Source: Deltaproteobacteria bacterium
GTDB lineage: Bacteria > Myxococcota_A > Polyangia > Polyangiales > Houyiibacteriaceae
NCBI GenBank assembly: GCA_034670305.1
Contig: JAXMNT010000032.1
Location: 23,364-87,363, forward strand
DNA: 64,000 nt
Direction of reading: 5' to 3'
The translations under genes were made by a program, and so were the position numbers. The notes under the pieces are model-generated. The model had not been told where the DNA came from. It worked only from the letters and a program-made list of their open reading frames with translations, and searched no databases. Numbering within the stretch: the first letter of the stretch is position 1; every line of letters starts with the position of its first letter. Below, in pieces: positions 57,504 to 64,000 of this stretch.

Positions 57504-58540
57504 TGCTGTTTGCCAGACTCGGCCCAGGCGGCGTGCAGCACCGCGGCGACCGCTTCGAACAAGCTCTCCGGGATCTGTTCCCCGAGCTCCAGGCCAAAGA
57601 GCGAGCGGGCGAGCGGCACGTCGCGCATCACCGGCACACCCGCCTGGTGCGCCGCGGCGATCATGCGTTCGGCCAGGTGCTCCTGCCCGCGCGCGACGAC
57701 TTCGGGCGCGTCGGCTTCGTCCGCGTCGTAGCGCACCGCCACCGCGATGTGGGTCGGGTTCACCACGAGCACATCCGCCAGGCGCACCTGTTCGACCGAA
57801 TCGTGTTCGACGATCTCCCGGTGCAGGCGCTCGCGCTGTTGCTTCGCGTGCGGATCACCTTCGGCCTCCTTGTACTCGCGCTTGACCTCGTCCTTGGTCA
57901 TCCGCTGGTCTTTCTGGTGGCGCCAGCGCTGGTAGAGCAGGTCGACGATCGCGAGCGCCAAGACCGCACCGGCCACCCGGAAGAGCAGCACGGTGACCAG
58001 CTCCCCGGCCGCCGACAGTGCCGCGGCGGCGTCGCGGGCCGCCAGCCCCGACACGCCACGCACGCCATCGGAGAGCACCCGCGCAACGACGTACCCGACC
58101 ACGCCGAGTTTGAAGAGGCTCTTGAGAAACTCGATCCACTGGCGCTGAGAGAAGAGGTTCTTGGTGCCGCGGACCGGATCGATGCGCTCGAGTTTGGGCT
58201 GTAGAGGCTGGAACGTGAGCAGCCCACCGACTTGGACGTAGCCCGTCACCGCCGACGCCAGCACCGCCGCGACCAACACTGGGACCAGCACGTCCAGCCC
58301 CACCGCCATGCCCATCTCGAGCGATGCTTGACCGGCCGGCAACGAGGTCGCGCCGCGGAGCAACGCGCCCACGCCCGACCGGAGCGTCTCCAGACTCTGG
58401 GTGCCGGTCGCGACGAGGGCACCGCCGGTCGCGAGCAGCACCGCCGCGGTCCCGAGTTCTTTGCTCTTTGGGACCTCCCCACGCTCGCGGGCCTGCCGGA
58501 GCTTCTTGGGGGTGGGATCCTCGGTTTTCTCGCCCGCCAT
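57500..58540 (-). CDS. sctU: Type III export switch protein, SctU/FlhB family
   Basis: GEKTE.PT.KKL..AR..GEV.KSKEL, 4 TM helices, MTKDEVKREYKEAEGDP, NPTH autocleavage motif. T3SS versus flagellar assignment is inferred. Confidence 0.95.
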   Translation of the reverse strand: MAGEKTEDPTPKKLRQARERGEVPKSKELGTAAVLLATGGALVATGTQSLETLRSGVGALLRGATSLPAGQASLEMGMAVGLDVLVPVLVAAVLASAVTGYVQVGGLLTFQPLQPKLERIDPVRGTKNLFSQRQWIEFLKSLFKLGVVGYVVARVLSDGVRGVSGLAARDAAAALSAAGELVTVLLFRVAGAVLALAIVDLLYQRWRHQKDQRMTKDEVKREYKEAEGDPHAKQQRERLHREIVEHDSVEQVRLADVLVVNPTHIAVAVRYDADEADAPEVVARGQEHLAERMIAAAHQAGVPVMRDVPLARSLFGLELGEQIPESLFEAVAAVLHAAWAESGKQQ

Positions 58541-58551
58541 GCACGCCGACC

Positions 58552-58578
58552 TTATCAGCCGGTGTGACGCAGAGTTGC
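58552..58578 (-). promoter_or_regulatory. Candidate sigma28 (FliA)-like promoter of sctU
   Basis: GCAA-N15-GCTGATAA; the -10 matches GCCGATAA at 7 of 8 positions; only 11 nt from the ATG. Confidence 0.4.
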
Positions 58579-58699
58579 CCAACCGTCCGGATCAACGGCA
58601 GATCTCACCCAATGGGGGATGCCCAGCGGCGATCGTTTCCTTCGGTTGATCGAAAAGCCGTCCTGTCGCGTACATGCGCACATGGTGTACAGTGCCCAC

Positions 58700-60295
58700 A
58701 TGAGTCGATTTGTCCGATGGTTTTGCACGCTGGCTGTAATTGCTGGCTGTTCCTCGACCGAAGAGCCCCCGCCTGTCCGCAGCAACGAACCACTCGTTGA
58801 GGTGATCCGTGAGCCGGTGCTGCGCCCGGACGCGCACACCCCAGGCACCGACGCCAACCTCATCAACGTCGACGTCTTCGAAGATCGACTCATCTTCACC
58901 TACGACGGGACCCCGCAGATCGCGCCGGCCGTCGGCCAGGTGGTCGCGGGCGTCGAAGGCGGCGGCTACCTGCGCCGTCTCCTCTCGGTCGCGAACGAGG
59001 GCAACCGCTACGAAGCGGCCACCGAACACGCGTACCTCGCCGACTTCTTCGAGGACCTGCACGTGCGCCTCACCTTCGAGCCCGCTTCGGACGCGTGGGT
59101 GGAGACCGGCCTGGCCGGACGCCGCACCGACGCGCTCGGCGGCAGCATCAACCTCATCAAGACCGAAGTGGCCCCGGGCTGCTCGCTCGCGTCCGGCGCG
59201 GTCGAAGTGGGCGCGGACTTCCGGCCCCAGTTCGACATGGACCTCGACATCTCCTTCTTCAGCGGCACGAAGTTCTACTTCGAGGTCGGTGGCGATCTCA
59301 CCGTCTTCACCAAGCTGAACTCGGGCGCGGCCTCCCTCTCCTGCGCGTGGGACCAGCGCTTCGACTCGCTCTCGAAGGAGTTCACGAGCACCTTCTTCGT
59401 CGGACCCGTTCCGGTGGTTGTCACGCACACCATCGTGCCGCGCGGCGCCTACAGCTTGAGCGGCAGCGTCGAAGTGCCCCGCGTCGAGTTCGAAGCCAGC
59501 GCCAACATCGCGTTCAACGCGGGCGCACGGTACGAAGATGGCGAATGGACCTCGGTCGCCGATGGCAGCCGCAGTGGCGCCGGACGCTTCACCATCAACG
59601 AAGGCGGCAACGTCGCGATCACGACCCGCCTGACCGCCGGCATCGAATACCAGGCGAAACTCTACGACCTGGCCGGCCCGCAGCTCAGCGTCGGCCCGCA
59701 CATCGAAGCGCACGCCGAGTCCGACTTCTGTGAGTGGAACGCGAACGCGGACGTGGGCCTCCAGCTCACCGTCGGCGCGCGACTCGACATTCCGGTCTTC
59801 GACGTCTCGCTCGCCGACTACACCTCGGACCCCATCGACCTCGTCAGCGGCACCTTCTGGGAACGCGACGGAACCTGGCCCTGGTGTGAAGACGCCGGCA
59901 TGGGCGACGCGGGTGTCCGACCGGACGCAGGCGGCGGCGGCGGCACCGACGCCGGTCCGGGTGGCGGCACCGATGCAGGCCCCGGCACCGACACCGGCGT
60001 CACCGACCCCTGCAACCGATTCTCCGGCTGCGATGCGTGCAACACGCTCGAAGCCGAGGGCTGCAGCTACTGCGGCAACACCGGCACGTGCATGAGCGAC
60101 TCCCGGGTCGGCGAGTGCAGCGGCAACTGGCAGAACAGCCCGAGCAGCTGCGTCGACTGCAGCGGCTACGGCGACTGCGACAGCTGCGCCGACGACGGTT
60201 ACTGCGGCTGGTGTCCCGGCATGGGCTGCCTGAACGACCGCAGCGACGAAGCCGAAGCTTGCGGCGCGGCCTACCAGACGGTCATCTGCCGATGA
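58700..60295 (+). CDS. Lipoprotein with a beta-rich core and C-terminal PSI-like Cys-rich repeats
   Basis: IAGC lipobox; DAG linker; C..C......CSYC...TC and C..C.....CGWC....C. Confidence 0.82.
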   Translation: MSRFVRWFCTLAVIAGCSSTEEPPPVRSNEPLVEVIREPVLRPDAHTPGTDANLINVDVFEDRLIFTYDGTPQIAPAVGQVVAGVEGGGYLRRLLSVANEGNRYEAATEHAYLADFFEDLHVRLTFEPASDAWVETGLAGRRTDALGGSINLIKTEVAPGCSLASGAVEVGADFRPQFDMDLDISFFSGTKFYFEVGGDLTVFTKLNSGAASLSCAWDQRFDSLSKEFTSTFFVGPVPVVVTHTIVPRGAYSLSGSVEVPRVEFEASANIAFNAGARYEDGEWTSVADGSRSGAGRFTINEGGNVAITTRLTAGIEYQAKLYDLAGPQLSVGPHIEAHAESDFCEWNANADVGLQLTVGARLDIPVFDVSLADYTSDPIDLVSGTFWERDGTWPWCEDAGMGDAGVRPDAGGGGGTDAGPGGGTDAGPGTDTGVTDPCNRFSGCDACNTLEAEGCSYCGNTGTCMSDSRVGECSGNWQNSPSSCVDCSGYGDCDSCADDGYCGWCPGMGCLNDRSDEAEACGAAYQTVICR

Positions 60296-60480
60296 GGATC
60301 GAGCGAACGCAGAGGCGCTCGCTGAGCTCGGACCAAGAGGGGCTGAGCACGGTCGAGTACATCATCATCCTCGTGCTCATCGCGGTGCTGGCGATCACGG
60401 TTTGGCGCCAGTTCGGCCAAGCGGTGGAGACCAACGTGCGGGACTCGACGGCCGACGTGCAGGGTCTGCGGGGCAGCTGA
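60292..60480 (+). CDS. flp: Flp/Tad type IVb pilin
   Basis: DQEG|LSTVEYIIILVLIAV: prepilin cleavage site with Glu5-Tyr6; 62 aa; ATGA overlap. Confidence 0.92.
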   Translation: MRIERTQRRSLSSDQEGLSTVEYIIILVLIAVLAITVWRQFGQAVETNVRDSTADVQGLRGS

Positions 60481-60483
60481 ACG

Positions 60484-61614
60484 TCAGTGGCGCGACACCG
60501 TTTCGCGAAGGCGCTCGAGGCCTTCGCGAAACACCGCCGGCGGCGTGATCAGACTGGCGACCAGATGGGTGCCTGGCACATCGAAGGTGCGGCCGGGCCA
60601 CACGGCCACGCCCTGAGCGAGCAGATGCGCCGCCCAGCGCGCGTCGGTCTCGGAAGCCGGCATCCGGATCAAGAGCGACCACCCGCCACCCACCGACAGC
60701 GGCTGGGCTGCGCTCCCTGAGAGTGTGTGGGCGGCCGCTTCGACGTTTTGTCGCAGCCGTTCGCTCAGACGCCGACGGGTCGAAGCCCCCACCTCGAGCA
60801 GCTGCGGCAACGCGTGCTGGACCGGGGTGGACACCGACAAGAATGCGTCGGCGATGTGCTCGAGCCGCCGGAGCGCTTCGTGCGCGCTGGGTGCATCGCC
60901 GCCGACGAGGATCCACCCGAGCTTCATCTGGGGCAGTCCGCAGCGTTTGCTGAGACCACCGAGCACGAAGTGAAGCGGACCGTCGGTGGAGAACGCGGTG
61001 CGGCGCGGTGCCGCGATGGGGTACGCCTCGAACACCTCGTCGACGATGAGGGGACCGAACGACTGCAGTCGAAGCTGGAGTTCGGAGGACATCCACAGCC
61101 CGGTTGGGTTGTGGGGGCTGACCGCGCAGACCGCGGCGACCCCCGCCTCCGGGACCTCGGTGGACACCAGGCCCAGGTCTGCGAGCCAACCGTCGGCGTA
61201 TCGAAGCGGGTAGTCGACCACCCGCAATCCATCCAGCTGCGCGATGACGTCGACCAGCGGATATCCGGGCCGTGGCGCGAGCACGACGTCGCCGGGATCG
61301 GCGAGCAAGCGGAAGAGCCATGCGTAGGACTCGCTCGAACTCGCGGTGAGCACCACACGGGCCCAAGGCACGTCGAGCTCACGTGCGATCGCACGACGGG
61401 CCACTTCGGTACCGAGTGGCTCCGCCCCGTAGAAACGCACCGGATCGGCCGAGAGTGCATTGATCGGGCCGCGTGCTTCGAGGCCCACCCGCGTCGGGTT
61501 CGAGACGGTCAGATCGAACGCCACCGTCCCCGCGGTGCGCGCTTCGTCGAGCGCGGCGGAGAACCCTGCTCGGTCCTCGGCAAACGCGCTCCGTTGCGAG
61601 TAGACCTCGCGCAT
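60484..61614 (-). CDS. PLP-dependent aminotransferase, class I/II
   Basis: DLTVSNPT, PGYP, SPHNPTG, DEVF, GLSK..GLP..KLGW. Confidence 0.92.
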   Translation of the reverse strand: MREVYSQRSAFAEDRAGFSAALDEARTAGTVAFDLTVSNPTRVGLEARGPINALSADPVRFYGAEPLGTEVARRAIARELDVPWARVVLTASSSESYAWLFRLLADPGDVVLAPRPGYPLVDVIAQLDGLRVVDYPLRYADGWLADLGLVSTEVPEAGVAAVCAVSPHNPTGLWMSSELQLRLQSFGPLIVDEVFEAYPIAAPRRTAFSTDGPLHFVLGGLSKRCGLPQMKLGWILVGGDAPSAHEALRRLEHIADAFLSVSTPVQHALPQLLEVGASTRRRLSERLRQNVEAAAHTLSGSAAQPLSVGGGWSLLIRMPASETDARWAAHLLAQGVAVWPGRTFDVPGTHLVASLITPPAVFREGLERLRETVSRH

Positions 61615-61616
61615 CG

Positions 61617-62720
61617 CTACAGAGACGGCCGGCGCACCAGCGTTCCATCCGTGCGGAACTTGCCCCGGCGCCGTGCCGGGTCGCGCGAGTAGATGCGGAG
61701 CGCTTCGTCGCGCTCGCCGCGCTCGAAGCGGAGCGCGCCCACGTACGCGATCATCGCCGCGTTGTCGGTGCACGCCCGGAGCTTCGGCACATAGAGTCTC
61801 ACGCCCGCCTTCTCGCACATCTCGGCCGCCCGGCTGCGAAGCCCAGAGTTCGCCGCGACGCCACCCGCGAGCACGAGCCGGCGAACGTCGGCGCGCCGGC
61901 ACGCTTCGATCGACTTGCGGACGAGCACATGCGCGACCGCGCGCTGAAACGACGCGCACAGATCCGCGAGTTCCGACTCCGACGAAGGTGGACCGTGCTT
62001 CTGGATGCGGCGCGCGATCGCCGTCTTCAATCCAGAGAAACTGAAGTCGAGGGTCTTGAGCGACGGCATCGGCAGGGGAAGCTCGACCGCGCGGGGATCG
62101 CCCTGCTGCGCGAGGCGGTCGACGACGGGCCCACCGGGGTAGCCGAGGCCCAGCAACTTCGCGACCTTGTCGAAGGCTTCGCCCGCAGCGTCGTCGCGCG
62201 TCTGGCCGATGGGCTCGATCGCGTCGCCGCCTTCTTCGTCCTCCGTGCCTTGGGCACGCACTTCGTAGATGCCCGTGTGCCCTCCGCTCGCGAGCAACGC
62301 AATGTACGGATACTCGACCGGTGTCTCGCGTTCGAGTTGCACCGCGCGCAGGTGGCCCTCGAGGTGGTTGACCCCGACGAGCGGCAACTGGCGCGCCCAG
62401 GCGAGCGACCGTCCGAACTGCGTGCCGACGAGCAACGCACCGACCAGCCCCGGCCCCTGGGTCACGGCGACCCCGTCGATTCCGCTCAGCCCGCCCACCG
62501 GTTCGAGCGCGGCCTGGACCACTGGGAGAATGGCCTTGAGATGCGCGCGCGCAGCGAGCTCCGGCACCACGCCTCCGTACGGCGCGTGCTGCGCGATCTG
62601 GCTCGCGATGATGTCGGAGAGGATCTCGCCCCTCGGCGTCACGACGGCGGCGGCGGTCTCGTCGCACGACGACTCGATGCCGAGGATGCGAAGTTCATGG
62701 GGTGCACGGGCCACGGTCAC
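61617..62720 (-). CDS. tsaD: tRNA t6A37 threonylcarbamoyltransferase
   Basis: LGIESSCDET, GGVVPE.AARAH, HLEGH, SGGHT, DDAAGEAFDK, TDNAAM. Confidence 0.98.
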   Translation of the reverse strand: MTVARAPHELRILGIESSCDETAAAVVTPRGEILSDIIASQIAQHAPYGGVVPELAARAHLKAILPVVQAALEPVGGLSGIDGVAVTQGPGLVGALLVGTQFGRSLAWARQLPLVGVNHLEGHLRAVQLERETPVEYPYIALLASGGHTGIYEVRAQGTEDEEGGDAIEPIGQTRDDAAGEAFDKVAKLLGLGYPGGPVVDRLAQQGDPRAVELPLPMPSLKTLDFSFSGLKTAIARRIQKHGPPSSESELADLCASFQRAVAHVLVRKSIEACRRADVRRLVLAGGVAANSGLRSRAAEMCEKAGVRLYVPKLRACTDNAAMIAYVGALRFERGERDEALRIYSRDPARRRGKFRTDGTLVRRPSL

Positions 62721-63295
62721 CTCGGGGTCCGGCGCACCTGAAAGACGCCGAAGTAGTCGCAACCGCCGGTCGCAAATGCGGCGCAGTCGTCGGCCGCGCA
62801 GTCGGTCAGCCCCGCCCCGGCGACGATGCGCACCTCGATGTCGCCGCCGCGCAGCAAGGACACGAACGCGAGCGGGTCGCGGCCGACGAGCGGACCCGAG
62901 GTCGGCTGAAGCGCGTAGATGAAGTTGCGCACCCGCGCGGGTCCCGGGAAGTCGTAGAGGCTGAGCTGATCGTGCGCGAGCGGCGCGATGGGCACCAGAG
63001 GCGTCGCATCGAAGGTCGCGCCGCACGGTTCCCCGAGCGTGGTGAGGGTCCCCGGCGACCCCGCGGGCTCGGTCGGGTCGAAGTCGAGCTCGAGCACGGT
63101 GTCGTCCCCGAACCCGCGACGAATGAAGCTGCACACCGTGCCCGTGACGCAGGTGCCCTCGTCGTCGCCGATGACCTCACCTCGAAAGATCTCCCCGTCC
63201 TGCAGCGCGTACTCGCCCAGATCCGTGCACCCAGACAACGCGATCGCGGTGCCAAACAGCGCGGTGACCAAGGGCCAGTAGCGGTCGACGAACAC
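62717..63295 (-). CDS. Hypothetical lipoprotein
   Basis: LSGC lipobox; stop overlaps the tsaD start (GTGA). Confidence 0.75.
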   Translation of the reverse strand: MFVDRYWPLVTALFGTAIALSGCTDLGEYALQDGEIFRGEVIGDDEGTCVTGTVCSFIRRGFGDDTVLELDFDPTEPAGSPGTLTTLGEPCGATFDATPLVPIAPLAHDQLSLYDFPGPARVRNFIYALQPTSGPLVGRDPLAFVSLLRGGDIEVRIVAGAGLTDCAADDCAAFATGGCDYFGVFQVRRTPR

Positions 63296-63345
63296 GCGCC
63301 CACCATAGCACCCCCCAACCGCCGGTCATCCGCCGCAGCGTCGCG

Positions 63346-63570
<225 letters not shown>

Positions 63571-63637
63571 GCCTCCGCTTCCGCGCGTCCGATTCCGCTT
63601 CGTCCGCTGCGCGTGCGGTTCGCGCTACCCTCTCGAG

Positions 63638-63889
63638 GTGACCTACCGGGACGACGCGGACGCCCTTCGCGAGAAGCTGCCCATGGGCATTCCGCTGGTC
63701 GTGCTGGGCTGGTTCGGCGCTGTGTACCTGGGCACGCGCGGGCTCTACGGCACGTTGGTTCGCCGACGGGAACGAAAGCTCGGGCGGACCTTCGCCCAGA
63801 TCGAAGCGCTGCTCGAAGCCGACCCGCAGGTGAAGGTACGGGTGGACGCCGAGCAAGAAGACGAAGGTCGGGACCTAGCAGGTCGCTGA
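63638..63889 (+). pseudogene. Short membrane-protein ORF whose last codons and stop come from MITE copy D
   Basis: [10 protein letters not shown]...one TM...[15 protein letters not shown], then LAGR* read from CTAGCAGGTCGCTGA. Confidence 0.45.
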
Positions 63890-64000
63890 AAAGCGACCTG
63901 CTCCCTTGCCGTTGCCCTTGCCCGTGCCCTTGCCCGCGTCGTGGACGCCGTGTGTTTCGCGACGGCGAGGCGCGAATCGGAGCGCGATGCCCAGCGGACG
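63879..64000 (+). mobile_element. MITE-like element, copy D (runs off the window edge)
   Basis: CTAG at 63875-78, then a near-identical match to the start of copy C. Confidence 0.92.

Noticed and set aside
57500-58540. Evidence for a flagellum
   Set aside because: No other flagellar gene in the window; the context fits a non-flagellar system better, though phylogeny is needed

Overview
High-GC bacterial chromosome segment. Gene content (four Ser/Thr kinases, PEGA/TPR proteins, many Cys-rich lipoproteins, a CarD/CdnL homologue, a Myxococcus-type LexA box) points to Myxococcota, probably Polyangiales. Housekeeping genes include cinA, recA, hisIE, argS, def, fmt, priA and tsaD. Four things stand out. 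(1) A split type III secretion-like system: a five-gene operon at 7.9-10.6 kb with the layout of lcrG-lcrV-lcrH-yopB-yopD, and 46 kb away an sctU/flhB gene coupled to two small SctX/SctY-like ORFs. Both loci carry a similar sigma28-like upstream motif. (2) Four copies of a non-autonomous mobile element with hairpin ends, CTAG target sites and a decayed four-helix-bundle gene, itself invaded at GATATC sites by two smaller elements. (3) An orphan type I PKS with the unusual order KS-AT-KR-DH-carrier-TE. (4) A Tat-exported superoxide-reductase-like lipoprotein. Long hexamer-based intergenic repeat tracts also recur. No rRNA, tRNA or CRISPR array was recognised. All calls come from reading motifs by eye; no database searches were run, and start codons are best estimates.
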